Source of the DNA: a virus | IMG/VR virus record: IMGVR_UViG_3300002481_000002 | DNA: 42,729 nucleotides | Strand: one strand, 5' to 3' | In this document: piece by piece, positions 9,298-18,942 of the stretch | Layout: each line of letters starts with the position of its first letter | Position numbering within the stretch: the stretch's first letter is position 1 | Notes under the pieces: generated by a model | What the model saw: the letters and a program-made list of their open reading frames with translations, nothing else | What the model was told of the DNA's origin: nothing | Databases searched by the model: none | Position numbers and translations under genes: made by a program

Positions 9298-10443
9298 ATG
9301 AATGTGAGACCGTTAACGGTTTGGGATATAGAGGCGTTCTATAAAGGATATGCGGGACATCCGTTTCTGGATTTGGGAGATTTGATAGAGTTTGAGAAGA
9401 CGGCAGGAACTGTTAGTACTGGTATTGGTACGGCTGTGTATAACAAAGTGTATGGTGCTTATGTATGGAGTCAGTTGAACCAAGAGGCAAATGCATTTGG
9501 ACTTCTGCCAAAGACGACTTGGGTGAGAAGTGGATGGAGAGTTAAGACTGCTTTTGCAACAAGTGATGAAGATATTGGTATAACTGAGACTGGTACACTT
9601 CCAAGTGCAGTTTATCCGACAGTCACAACGGTTTATGCTACTCCAAAGACTGAAGCAATGACTTTCGAAGTTTCAGACATAACTGAGCAACTGGCAAATG
9701 TGTCAGAGGATGACATTTGGGGTAGTGCAAATCAGCTTAGAGCAGAGAGTGGTGTTGAGTTTGCAAAGAGAATAAATCAGCAATTGCTTAAGGATTGTGA
9801 TACATTGGCAAGCAACAGGCTTGAGAGTATTGATAGAGTTACTGCTTCAAGTGCATATATAACAGCAGTTGGTTATACAGCAGGAGATGAAGATATCTAC
9901 GGAATTGATAGGTCTGCAAACTCATGGGCAGATGGTACATGTCTGCATAATAGTGGTACTGATAGAGACATAACTGCAACTTTGATAAGAGATTTGCTAA
10001 GGACTTGTAAGGAAGCAGGTGCAAATACAACTGTGCTTCTTACTGGTTATGATACAATTGCAAAGATTCAGGGGCTGTATAATAACATGGTAAGGTATCT
10101 GCCAATGCAGGACGCCAAGGTTACAATGGGTCTAAATGGTATTGAGAGTGCAAAGGGTTATGATGTTGGTATAACTGTGAGTGCTGTTGAAGGGATACCG
10201 CTCATAGGGGCAGTAGATACTCCGAAAGATACTATTAGTAGATTGTATGCTCTTGATACTTCAGACCCAGAGGGATATGGTTTACCAAGACTGGCTATTT
10301 CAGTACTTAGACCATCAGAGTATTTTGAGACAAGAGACCCATTCGTCGTTGGCAAGTTTGCAATCAAGGGAGTGTATAGATTCGTTGGAGAGCTTGTGGC
10401 AAGGTTCTTGAAGGCACAGGGTAGTTTAAGAGACCTCAAGTAG
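9298..10443 (+). CDS. Major capsid protein (HK97 fold)
   Basis: 381 aa after the scaffold. YNKVYGAYVWSQLNQEANAFGLLPK resembles archaeal tailed-virus MCPs. Codon usage is distinct and C-richer, suggesting high expression. Confidence 0.85.
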   Translation: MNVRPLTVWDIEAFYKGYAGHPFLDLGDLIEFEKTAGTVSTGIGTAVYNKVYGAYVWSQLNQEANAFGLLPKTTWVRSGWRVKTAFATSDEDIGITETGTLPSAVYPTVTTVYATPKTEAMTFEVSDITEQLANVSEDDIWGSANQLRAESGVEFAKRINQQLLKDCDTLASNRLESIDRVTASSAYITAVGYTAGDEDIYGIDRSANSWADGTCLHNSGTDRDITATLIRDLLRTCKEAGANTTVLLTGYDTIAKIQGLYNNMVRYLPMQDAKVTMGLNGIESAKGYDVGITVSAVEGIPLIGAVDTPKDTISRLYALDTSDPEGYGLPRLAISVLRPSEYFETRDPFVVGKFAIKGVYRFVGELVARFLKAQGSLRDLK

Positions 10444-10445
10444 AC

Positions 10446-10480
10446 TGGGCGGTAAGCCCATAAGAACATTTTATTTTATT
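10446..10480 (+). terminator. Hairpin plus T-tract after the MCP
   Basis: TGGGC-GGTAA-GCCCA stem-loop followed by ATTTTATTTTATT. Confidence 0.5.
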
Positions 10481-10492
10481 GAGGTGAGATGA

Positions 10493-10834
10493 ATGGTAAG
10501 AGTGATAGAGTTATGTGGTGCAGGGAGAGAGTTAGATGATACGACTGTAACATTGGATAGTAGCAACAAGATATCAGTAAAGGATTCAAGTATAGGCAAG
10601 TCTAAGTTGGCGTATAAGGTAGTGACAGTGACTGTTTCTGCTTCGGCTACAAGTGGTTCAAGTGCAGCAGATAGTGATTTAGTTGGTGGAGAGATACTTG
10701 GAGTGTATCCAGCAGGGAATCAGGATGCATTTATTGATAATGTTGTATTGAATGCAGATGGTAGTGTTACAATAACATTGGCAGCAGCAGCAACAGCAGA
10801 TAACACTTATAAGGTTGTCGTATTAGAACCATAA
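10493..10834 (+). CDS. Putative capsid decoration/head-fibre protein
   Basis: Ala/Ser/Thr/Val-rich, directly after the MCP, strong GAGGTGA RBS. Confidence 0.55.
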   Translation: MVRVIELCGAGRELDDTTVTLDSSNKISVKDSSIGKSKLAYKVVTVTVSASATSGSSAADSDLVGGEILGVYPAGNQDAFIDNVVLNADGSVTITLAAAATADNTYKVVVLEP

Positions 10835-10835
10835 A

Positions 10836-10848
10836 TTTTTAATTTTTT
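10836..10848 (+). terminator. Oligo-T terminator candidate
   Basis: TTTTTAATTTTTT right after the stop codon. Confidence 0.5.
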
Positions 10849-10857
10849 GGTGATGAT

Positions 10858-11481
10858 ATGACAGCCTACATAACAGCCAGTGAGATACGGAGCTGGCTGG
10901 GAGTTGATAGTAGCAAGTATGATGATACTTTTTTATCAAGTCTGATAACTGAGAAGATGGGTTATGTTAATAGATTGAGTAATATGTGTTGGAATGGTGA
11001 GACAGAGACAGTGACAGAAAGGCATGATATTACTAAATTCAAAGGCGGCTATTACTTTGGGCTATTGGGAATTCCGATTCATTTACAGCATAGTAGTGTA
11101 AAAACGGTTAGTAGCTTAAAAATTTTTAATGGCGATGAGTATGAGGAGTGGATTGGTAATAAGACTGAGGGGAGGGGAAAGGATTATTATATTAACTATC
11201 AAGAAGGCATAATTTATTTGAATAGGTTGATGTTTTGGTATGGTGGAGAAGAGGTGATAGTGACATATACATATGGGCGGGATGATTTACCATATTATAT
11301 TAAAGAATTGACAAGGCTTTTGGTTGTGAGAGATTTGGTTGTGAATGAGAGGAAGATGTTCGCTTTACCAGAGGGATATGAAGGGATAAGTTTTAGAGAT
11401 ATGTTGGATTGGTTGAATAAGAGGATAGGTGAGCTTGAGGAGATGGTAAGAGCGATACATGTGGTTAGGTCTTCGCTATAA
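10858..11481 (+). CDS. Head-tail adaptor-like protein (gp15/gp6-like)
   Basis: N-terminal YITASEIRSWLG, then VIVTYTYG..LPYYIKELTRLL pattern; position after the MCP. Confidence 0.7.
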   Translation: MTAYITASEIRSWLGVDSSKYDDTFLSSLITEKMGYVNRLSNMCWNGETETVTERHDITKFKGGYYFGLLGIPIHLQHSSVKTVSSLKIFNGDEYEEWIGNKTEGRGKDYYINYQEGIIYLNRLMFWYGGEEVIVTYTYGRDDLPYYIKELTRLLVVRDLVVNERKMFALPEGYEGISFRDMLDWLNKRIGELEEMVRAIHVVRSSL

Positions 11482-11484
11482 CAT

Positions 11485-11497
11485 AACATTTATATAC
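11485..11497 (+). promoter_or_regulatory. Archaeal promoter (TATA box TTTATATA), copy 1
   Basis: AACATTTATATAC, identical to 34120..34132, in a G-free intergenic patch at a module boundary. Confidence 0.7.
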
Positions 11498-11535
11498 CAT
11501 TAAATATATATACAATGACCATACACAATATATTA

Positions 11536-12324
11536 ATGAGAGAGAAGGAGGTGGAGAAAGTGGAGGAAAGGCTCTTAGTTGAGTTTGGAGTAGAGGAGAA
11601 CATAAAGAGGAAGTATGGATATGAGGAGAAGTTGTTGAGGTTTAAGGGGGAAAGTATACCATACAAGGCGATTGTGAAGAATGGCGAGTTGAAGGCGATT
11701 GTGAGCAGAAAATATAGATTAATTACTAATGAAGAGGTAATAGATATTGTGAGGGCATGGGCAAGAAGTAGAGGATATGAGTATAATGTGGATGTGAATG
11801 GGAATAAGGTTTTTGTTTTGGTGAAGAATGAGGATATTGGTGTTTTGGTTGGAAACAGTATTGATGGGACGATGGGTTTGTTTGTAGATGCAGTGATTTA
11901 TACAAATGGAGTGCCATTGATTTTGAGAATGAGCAATGATGTGAAAGAATTGAAACAAGTGAAGAAAAAGCATTTCAGGAGTGCAGAGGGCGTGATGGAG
12001 AATTTAATGGGTATGTTGAGTGAGGTGATAGATGAGTGTAAGGAGTATAAGGCGTGGTTGAGGGACATGGGAAAGGTTAAGGTGAAGGATGTGAAGGATG
12101 ATGTAAAGGAATTGTTTAGCTTAATGCCGAAGAAGTATGTAGCAGATGTGATTAAGAGAGTCGAATATAGTTTTGATAATGGACATTTGACATTGGCACA
12201 TGTGTATGAGGATATTGCGAGAAGAATATGGAGTGCGGATACACAGATGACAACAAAGATACATTTATTTAGAGAGTTGAATGAGAATGTGATGTTTATA
12301 ATGGAGTTGGTGAGGCAAGGATGA
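11536..12324 (+). CDS. DUF932-like protein
   Basis: AIVSRKYRLITNEEVIDIV and VLVGNSIDGTMG motifs resemble DUF932. Alternative start at 11515. Confidence 0.6.
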   Translation: MREKEVEKVEERLLVEFGVEENIKRKYGYEEKLLRFKGESIPYKAIVKNGELKAIVSRKYRLITNEEVIDIVRAWARSRGYEYNVDVNGNKVFVLVKNEDIGVLVGNSIDGTMGLFVDAVIYTNGVPLILRMSNDVKELKQVKKKHFRSAEGVMENLMGMLSEVIDECKEYKAWLRDMGKVKVKDVKDDVKELFSLMPKKYVADVIKRVEYSFDNGHLTLAHVYEDIARRIWSADTQMTTKIHLFRELNENVMFIMELVRQG

Positions 12325-12443
12325 AGGGCGAGTTCAAGTTTTTTAGAATTAATGAGAATAGGTTGGAAAGTTGTTGGAATGGGTGGAATGCGAGTTACGA
12401 TGAGTTTGAGATTTTATTAAAATCATTGTATAGGGGGTGGTAG
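12321..12443 (+). CDS. Trp-rich microprotein (40 aa)
   Basis: ATGA-coupled; MKGEFKFFRINENRLESCWNGWNASYDEFEILLKSLYRGW. Confidence 0.45.
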   Translation: MKGEFKFFRINENRLESCWNGWNASYDEFEILLKSLYRGW

Positions 12444-12448
12444 TGCTG

Positions 12449-12877
12449 ATGGTTGATTTATGGAGTGTGGAAGAGTATATAGAGAAGTTTGTGAATGGAA
12501 GTGAGGGAAAGTCTAAGGAAGTGGTAGTGTTTGTGCCGAGCAGGAAGAAGGAAGAGTTGGTCTATGAAAGTGTGTTGGGAGTGTTTCCTAATGCGAAGGT
12601 GGTGTTTTTATCGAGTAAGAGGGAGGTGGCGAATTATAGTAATGAGGAAGAGGTAAATAGTGTGTATGGTGAGATGAGAGAAAAGATTGAAGAGTTTAGT
12701 GCAGAGGCAGATGTAAATGATGTGTATTTGGTAGCAAGTGGGCCGACGACAATGACATTATGGGCGTATGCTTTATTGAGAGATGAAGGATTCAATGTGA
12801 AGTTGTTGATATGGGAGAATAAGGTAGGAGGGTATGTGGTTGCAGAGCGAGAGGTGGATAGACTTAAGATATATTAA
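12449..12877 (+). CDS. CARF/SAVED/Csx3-like Rossmann-fold small protein
   Basis: VYLVASGPTTMTLWAY...KLLIWENKVGGYVVA matches the beta-GP-helix-beta-hairpin pattern of SAVED C-halves and Csx3/Crn3. Confidence 0.5.
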   Translation: MVDLWSVEEYIEKFVNGSEGKSKEVVVFVPSRKKEELVYESVLGVFPNAKVVFLSSKREVANYSNEEEVNSVYGEMREKIEEFSAEADVNDVYLVASGPTTMTLWAYALLRDEGFNVKLLIWENKVGGYVVAEREVDRLKIY

Positions 12878-13901
12878 TGGAAAAAGGAGTGGTTTGTATG
12901 TGGGGAGGAGTGGATTGCATGTTACGGAAGAGGATTTTTGTACATGTGTTGGGTTTCAGTTTAGAAAGAAATGTAGGCATGTGGAGGAGTTGAGGATGAT
13001 AGAGGTTGAGGAAATTGTAAACGGGAAGGGTGTGAGAGAATTTAAGAGTAGTTTAAGTGCAGTGAATGATTTATTTGGTGAGAGTGCGTACAATAGTGAT
13101 GAGATATTTGCATATTACGGGATGTCAAAAATTGGAAAGAGTTTATTATGTTATCAAGAGGCAATGTGGTTTGCAAGTCAAGGGTTGAATGTGCTGTACT
13201 TAGAGACAGAAGGCGGAATGAGTCAATTTATTAGAAAATGGCATGATGTGTTTGTGGCGAGGTTTGGTGAGAAGAAAGGTAAAGTGTATATGGTGAGTAA
13301 GAAGAGTATTGAGACACTAATGGAGTATTTAGGTTTTAGAGTGCAAGTAGTGTTTAAGAGTGCGGGAGGTGGTAAGAAAGAGGAGAAAGGTAAGTTAGAG
13401 TTTAAGGTGTTAGAGACGCTAAGGGATGAGGATGTGCAGATAATGAAAGATATTGCGAGTGCAAAGATTGATGTATTGATATTGGATAGTCTGAGTAGTC
13501 CGCTGAGAGTGTTTACAACGGATAGACAGAGCTTTCCAGCTAAGAGTGATTGCGCTGGGTATATTTTAAGGACATTGGCGAAGTTACAGGAGGTGTTTGG
13601 GATAGCTGTTATAGTGGTTAATCATGCGAGCCATGACCCAACGAATCCGTATGAAAGTGAGGTGCAGATGAGGGGTGGAAGTGCAGTGCAGTATTACAGC
13701 AAGCGGATAGTTTTTATTGACAGAAGGGCGAGTAAAGAGTTTAGTGATTATAGGAGGTTTTGGCTTGTGAGGGCAGAGGACATAAAGGCATGGAGCAAGG
13801 CGACGGTGGCGAAGATAACGGATTTCGGATATGAAGATGTGACAGATGAGAAAATTATTGATAGAGTGTTTACGCAAACAGAGCAGAAGAAGTTAGGGTG
13901 A
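12834..13901 (+). CDS. RecA/RadA-RadB-family ATPase with N-terminal SWIM Zn finger
   Basis: Walker A GMSKIGKS, Walker B LILDSLS, VVNHA and GGSAVQY motifs; SWIM CTC..CRH. Confidence 0.8.
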   Translation: MWLQSERWIDLRYINGKRSGLYVGRSGLHVTEEDFCTCVGFQFRKKCRHVEELRMIEVEEIVNGKGVREFKSSLSAVNDLFGESAYNSDEIFAYYGMSKIGKSLLCYQEAMWFASQGLNVLYLETEGGMSQFIRKWHDVFVARFGEKKGKVYMVSKKSIETLMEYLGFRVQVVFKSAGGGKKEEKGKLEFKVLETLRDEDVQIMKDIASAKIDVLILDSLSSPLRVFTTDRQSFPAKSDCAGYILRTLAKLQEVFGIAVIVVNHASHDPTNPYESEVQMRGGSAVQYYSKRIVFIDRRASKEFSDYRRFWLVRAEDIKAWSKATVAKITDFGYEDVTDEKIIDRVFTQTEQKKLG

Positions 13902-13907
13902 ATTGCT

Positions 13908-14330
13908 ATGAGTGATTTTGTAAAGGCTGTGGAAGAAGTTGTAGTAGATAAATTAGAAAGGCTTGGATTCGATAAAAGGAGTGGTATTGTTGATTATATG
14001 GTGTATAGGGTGGTGAATTTGTTGATAGTGGCAGGAAATTATAATTACAAAGATGCTGGAAAATACATTAATCAAATCTTAAGAGAGGTTCGTGATTTTT
14101 ACAGAGATAGACATAGTTTTTTAAACAGAAGGGCGAGAGAGGAATATTATAATACACGGAAACTTCCAATTGGCAGATATATGTGGAGAGTAGTAGATGA
14201 TGGTAGTGAGTATAGAGTTTTGTTTTTTACATCATTGTGTTCAGAGCCAGAGCTATATTCTGAATTGACTTTGATAATGCCAAAATTGAATGATAGTGAA
14301 ATAGATACTTTAATGAAATTAAAAATATAA
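13908..14330 (+). CDS. Hypothetical protein
   Basis: 140-aa ORF in operon context. Confidence 0.65.
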   Translation: MSDFVKAVEEVVVDKLERLGFDKRSGIVDYMVYRVVNLLIVAGNYNYKDAGKYINQILREVRDFYRDRHSFLNRRAREEYYNTRKLPIGRYMWRVVDDGSEYRVLFFTSLCSEPELYSELTLIMPKLNDSEIDTLMKLKI

Positions 14331-14482
14331 TGGTAATGGTGAAGTAAAAATGAAAAAGAGGTCATATGTATTTGTGATGACGGAAGAGGAAGCGATGGTT
14401 AGACTGTTCAGGTATGACAAAGAGCTTTGGACAAAGTGGATGTATTGGGTGCATGGTGATGTTTTAGCGAGAGCAATCATAG

Positions 14483-14722
14483 GTGGTTATGATGAAGATA
14501 GTTAATTCATACATCGAAGTGCCAATAAGGATAAGAAAGATGACAGTGCATAGTAAAATTGGCTTTAATACTAATAGTTATGGCGGATATAAAATGGAAG
14601 ATTTCACTATAGAACTGGAAGTTTGGGGAGATAAAAAGATTTTGGATGTATTGGATATGGCAAATAGGAGTGATGGTAAAGGGGCTGAGTTTAAATTAGT
14701 GGCGATGGTGAAGGACGAATGA
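14483..14722 (+). CDS. Hypothetical protein
   Basis: 79-aa ORF, coupled to its neighbours. Confidence 0.55.
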   Translation: MVMMKIVNSYIEVPIRIRKMTVHSKIGFNTNSYGGYKMEDFTIELEVWGDKKILDVLDMANRSDGKGAEFKLVAMVKDE

Positions 14723-14831
14723 AGTACGAGATTTTCACTTATACTGTGAGCAAGTTGGGTTTGGACTTGCTGGTGAATGCGGATATGAATTTATGGTACA
14801 ATTGGTTTTTCAATTGGGTGAGGGGAAAGAA

Positions 14832-15713
14832 ATGAACATCAAGGAAATATTGAAATGGATGAGAGTAGATAATCCGTTTCCAAGAGAGATTGGTAAGTTG
14901 AGAAGGGTGGCGAATGATATGATAGATTTATATGATTATATTGAGTTTCAGAAAGGCATTGATTGTTATGCAAGTATATTTGCGAATTGGCAGGTTGTGA
15001 GGAGAATGTTTGATGTGGTATGGTTGGATATTGATGACCATGAAGGGCGAGGTGATTTGAATAACAAACTTGAAAGAGTTTTAGATTTATTACATGAGTA
15101 TGAGCCAAGAGTCTATTTTACTGGACGAGGGTATCATGTTTACCTTTTGATAGAGTTGACAAGGTTGGAGAGTTATAATGAGGTGGTGAGGAAGTGGGTG
15201 TGTGATATGGGATTAAAGGGATATGTGGATAGGATTGGTAATATGAGGCAGTTGGGAAGGATACCAGGTACGGTTAATGGATATGTTGGTCGAGAGGTGA
15301 TATTAATAGAGAAAGGTAAGGTGAGTAAGGAGTTAGGGAAAGAGTTGAAAGAATATGATAGTGTGACGATGGAAAGGAGTGAGAGTGAAAGTGAGAGGTT
15401 ATTTGAGAATATAAAGGATATGAGTTCAATGCCAAGGTGTGTTCAAGAGGGTGTGGAGATACTTGCAAGGACGGGAGAGTTAGAGCATGATTACAGATTG
15501 CACATAGCGGCGTTTTTATTGAGAGTATGGGATTATGAAGATGTGAAGGATGTGTTTAGGATGGCAAGTGATTTTAGAGAAGACAGGACTGACTATCAGT
15601 TAAAGTATATTCTGAGCAAGAACATAAAAGCGTTCAAGTGCAAGACGGCAATGGAGAAAGGGATTTGCATGGAAAAGTGTCCGTTTTATCCAAGTGTGAA
15701 TTTATGGGTGTGA
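14832..15713 (+). CDS. Archaeo-eukaryotic primase, PriS catalytic domain fused to a PriL-like Fe-S domain
   Basis: WLDIDD, FTGRGYHVY and RIPGT motifs, then PRCV..LEHDYR..C..C..CP. Start set at the ATGA overlap at 14832. Confidence 0.85.
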   Translation: MNIKEILKWMRVDNPFPREIGKLRRVANDMIDLYDYIEFQKGIDCYASIFANWQVVRRMFDVVWLDIDDHEGRGDLNNKLERVLDLLHEYEPRVYFTGRGYHVYLLIELTRLESYNEVVRKWVCDMGLKGYVDRIGNMRQLGRIPGTVNGYVGREVILIEKGKVSKELGKELKEYDSVTMERSESESERLFENIKDMSSMPRCVQEGVEILARTGELEHDYRLHIAAFLLRVWDYEDVKDVFRMASDFREDRTDYQLKYILSKNIKAFKCKTAMEKGICMEKCPFYPSVNLWV

Positions 15714-16034
15714 GTGCTGTGTTGGAAATAATTAGGATTGTGGTTGGAGAAAATGGATGTCTGGTCTGGTTCGTGAATTGGGATTTCAACGAAGTTACAG
15801 AATGGATAAAAGGAGTTGAAGGGGCATGAGATGGAGTGGTGAAGGGGCATGAGGTGAATTTTTTAAATGAATTTTTTAAAAATATATGTTGAAGAGAGGG
15901 AGGGATTTCTATGAAGCATAATATAGAAGCATGGTATCTGAGTAGGAATAAGTTATACAAGAGGAGAGTGAGAGGAGAGACATTGGATATAGTGAAAAGG
16001 ATGTTAGTAACGCTTAATGTGCTGGTGGGAAGGT

Positions 16035-16172
16035 ATGAAAGAGATATATGATGTCTGGTATGTGTTGGGTGATGGGAGAATGTATGGAGAATTGTTTGAG
16101 CATTGGTGGATGGATATGTATGGAATAAGAGGAATGATTTACACTTTAAAATCGAAGAGAGTGATAAGATGA
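16035..16172 (+). CDS. Trp/Tyr-rich microprotein (45 aa)
   Basis: MKEIYDVWYVLGDGRMYGELFEHWWMDMYGIRGMIYTLKSKRVIR; its stop overlaps the polB ATG (ATGA). Confidence 0.45.
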   Translation: MKEIYDVWYVLGDGRMYGELFEHWWMDMYGIRGMIYTLKSKRVIR

Positions 16173-18184
16173 TATCTGGAAGAGCGTCGTACAAGGTTGA
16201 TGAAGATGGACTAAGGATAATTGGTGTGTTTGATGGTAGATATAAAGAGATATCATGTAAAGTATTACCATACGGATTTGTGAATTTAGGGGCGAGAAAA
16301 GACATAGATAGATTAAAGTATGTTGTGAGTGTCGAGGATAGTGATTTGAAGAGTATAACTGGTCAAAGAGTTATAAGGTTCGAGACTGAGAAACCAGCGC
16401 AAGTAGCGTATTTAAGAGATGATTTGGAGAAAAGAGGATATGTGACATATGAGTGTGATTTGAAGTTTATTAGACGGCTTTTAATAGATAAAGTGTTAAA
16501 AGTAAAGTATGATGGAGTTAGTTATATTGATATTGAAGTCGATGATAGTAAGGGAGTGCCGAACGAACATGGTAAGTATGAGATTTTGTGTATTGGTTTA
16601 GATGATAATTGGTTATGGCGAGGGGATTATGATACTGAGCAAGAAATGTTAAGAGATTTTATTGATTTATTGGAGAAAGAGAGGATTGGTGTGTTGGCGG
16701 GATGGAATGTTGAATTTGACTACTATCATTTATTAAAGAGATGTGAGTATTTGGGTGTGAGTTATGGGCGGTTAGCATTTACTGAGAAAATTGATATTTT
16801 GAATAGGTACAGGTTTGCGATTAAGGGATTAGAGTCATATAGTTTGGATGAAGTGGCTAAGCATGAGGGAATAGGAGGAAAGGTAAGTATTAAAAAGAAA
16901 GTGAGTGAGATGAGTAAGGATGAACTGTTTAAGTATAATATGAGAGATGTTGAGTTGGTAAGGGAGATTGATGAGAGGTATGGATTTAGTGAGGTGAGAT
17001 TGGAGTTGGCAAATTATTGTAACTTATTGTTAGAGATGTGTACACCGATTCAGTTGGCTGATACTTTAGTGTTAAGGAGGTTGAGAGAGTTAGGATATGT
17101 TGCGCCGAATGTGAAAGTTGTAGAGAAAAGAGATTATATCGGTGCGTTTGTAGATGCAAGGAGATTTGGAGTTGTTGATAATATAGTGTATTTAGATTTT
17201 GTTGCGCTGTATCCGAACATAATTGTCAATGAGAATATAGATATAGATGGTTTTAATGGTGAAGTGTATCCACACATAGTGAAGAAGCTAATGGAGCAGA
17301 GGGAGAGACATAGAAGAAAGTGGAAAGAGACAGGAGATAAGAAAGAAAAGACAATGCAAGAGATGTTAAAACCAGTCATAAACTCATTCTATGGAAGTCT
17401 TGGGAATTCGTACTTTAGGTGGTGTGATTTTGATAAGGCAGAGAGGGTTACTTTAAAAGGAAGGGAGATAATACAGAAAGCAGATAAGTTTTTACAGGAA
17501 AATGGTTTTGAGGTTGTGTATCTTGATACGGATGGTATGATGGTAAGTGTGGGTGAGAGTGTTAATGAGGTGGTTGCGGAGAGTTTGGCAAAGTTATTGA
17601 ATAGTTATATTAAGCCATACAAAGTAAAGGTTGAGGAGGTGATTGAAAAGATGATTTTCTTTAAGAGTGGTGATAGTGCGGCTAAGAAGAGATATTGGGG
17701 AAGGACTATTGATGGTAGAGAGATAATAAGAGGTGTTGAGGTTAGGCGCGGTGATTGGTGTAGATTGGCTAAGGATGTGCAGAGGGATTTGATAAATATG
17801 ATTTTTAATGAAGCGAGTGATAGTGAATTGTTAAAGTATTTGTCTAATGTTAGGAAAGATTTATATAATGGAAAGTATGATAGTAAGTTGGTGATAGTGA
17901 AAGGATTTAAGAAAAAAGATGAGTATAAGAATTTGAACTTGCCACATTTGAGAGCTTTGGCGAAGGCGAGAGATGCTTTTATTGACGGGAAGGTGAGGTT
18001 TGTGTATGCAAATGGAGATGTAGAGCCAGTGGTTAATGAGAGTGATTTGAAGAGGTATAGGATAGATTACGACTATTACTGGAAAGGGCAGGTGGTTGCA
18101 GTGGCAAGTAGAATTTTTGAGAGTATAGGTGTGGATGGTGTTATTACTGGTAATGGTGTGTATAGGCAGGTGAAATTATGTTAG
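16169..18184 (+). CDS. polB: Family B DNA polymerase with 3'-5' exonuclease
   Basis: Exo motifs YIDIE, GWNVEFD and YNMRD; Pol motifs DFVALYPNII, KPVINSFYG and YLDTDG. Confidence 0.95.
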   Translation: MISGRASYKVDEDGLRIIGVFDGRYKEISCKVLPYGFVNLGARKDIDRLKYVVSVEDSDLKSITGQRVIRFETEKPAQVAYLRDDLEKRGYVTYECDLKFIRRLLIDKVLKVKYDGVSYIDIEVDDSKGVPNEHGKYEILCIGLDDNWLWRGDYDTEQEMLRDFIDLLEKERIGVLAGWNVEFDYYHLLKRCEYLGVSYGRLAFTEKIDILNRYRFAIKGLESYSLDEVAKHEGIGGKVSIKKKVSEMSKDELFKYNMRDVELVREIDERYGFSEVRLELANYCNLLLEMCTPIQLADTLVLRRLRELGYVAPNVKVVEKRDYIGAFVDARRFGVVDNIVYLDFVALYPNIIVNENIDIDGFNGEVYPHIVKKLMEQRERHRRKWKETGDKKEKTMQEMLKPVINSFYGSLGNSYFRWCDFDKAERVTLKGREIIQKADKFLQENGFEVVYLDTDGMMVSVGESVNEVVAESLAKLLNSYIKPYKVKVEEVIEKMIFFKSGDSAAKKRYWGRTIDGREIIRGVEVRRGDWCRLAKDVQRDLINMIFNEASDSELLKYLSNVRKDLYNGKYDSKLVIVKGFKKKDEYKNLNLPHLRALAKARDAFIDGKVRFVYANGDVEPVVNESDLKRYRIDYDYYWKGQVVAVASRIFESIGVDGVITGNGVYRQVKLC

Positions 18185-18373
18185 TGAGGTGGTAGTATGA
18201 GAACTATTGCTTGGTATGTGTGGATGGTAGAGATTGCGATAAGAAACTTATTAGGTATAAAGACTATGTGTGCTAATTGTAAGAGGTGGAAAGGACTACA
18301 GCGAGGAGGATGTGAGTTGATTCCAAGTGCTCAGTGGTGGAGTAATTGTGTGTATTTCGTACGGAGGTGAGAG

Positions 18374-18548
18374 TATGAAGGATATGGTATGTAGTTTTGG
18401 AGATAAGGGAAGTGAGGAGTTAGAGAGGGAGATATTAGAGATTGAGATGGATGGCGACGAAATTGTTTTGAGTGTGGATGGGCATAGGATATGGATAGAT
18501 TTCAGAGAATTTTTAATTAAACTATTGGAGGAGATAGTAGATGAGTAA
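18374..18548 (+). CDS. Small acidic hypothetical protein
   Basis: GGAGGTGA RBS before the ATG at 18374. Confidence 0.55.
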
Positions 18549-18732
18549 ATGGGAGTGCAAGTGCGGAATGGAAATAGGCGAGAGTCTTCCATATTTATGT
18601 AAGTGCGGGAGGTGGTGGAGAGAGAGTAGAGATTGGGTAAGGAAGCCAGTGTTAGGAGGTTGGTGGGTTAAGGATAAGAAGACGAAAGAGGATGAGAGGA
18701 GAGAGAAGAGAAAGGAGAAGAAATGGAGGTGA
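18541..18732 (+). CDS. Small Zn-finger protein
   Basis: WECKCG...CKCG. Confidence 0.55.
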   Translation: MSKWECKCGMEIGESLPYLCKCGRWWRESRDWVRKPVLGGWWVKDKKTKEDERREKRKEKKWR

Positions 18733-18738
18733 GTAAAA

Positions 18739-18942
18739 ATGAGTGAGGAGATAAAGATATTTAGGTTTTCGGAGAAGACAAAAGAGTGGAGAACATTGAG
18801 AGTGGATAAGACGGAAGGCGGAGCGTTTATATCAATGCAGAAAGGGATAAAGGGAAGTCAGCTTGAGAGTGAGAAAATAAGTATGAAGTTAGATGAGAAA
18901 GAGATTGCGTGGTTGGCAATGAAATTACAGAAGATGGTATGA
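18739..18942 (+). CDS. Possible PC4/Whirly-like ssDNA-binding protein
   Basis: Beta-beta-beta-helix pattern (RTLRV..FISMQKG..ISMKLDEKEIAWLAMKL); GGAGGTGA RBS. Confidence 0.4.
   Translation: MSEEIKIFRFSEKTKEWRTLRVDKTEGGAFISMQKGIKGSQLESEKISMKLDEKEIAWLAMKLQKMV

Noticed and set aside
16103-16168. Longer polB N-terminus from the ORF track (TTG start)
   Set aside because: A separate 45-aa ORF occupies this region and its stop overlaps the ATG at 16169, which has a plausible RBS.
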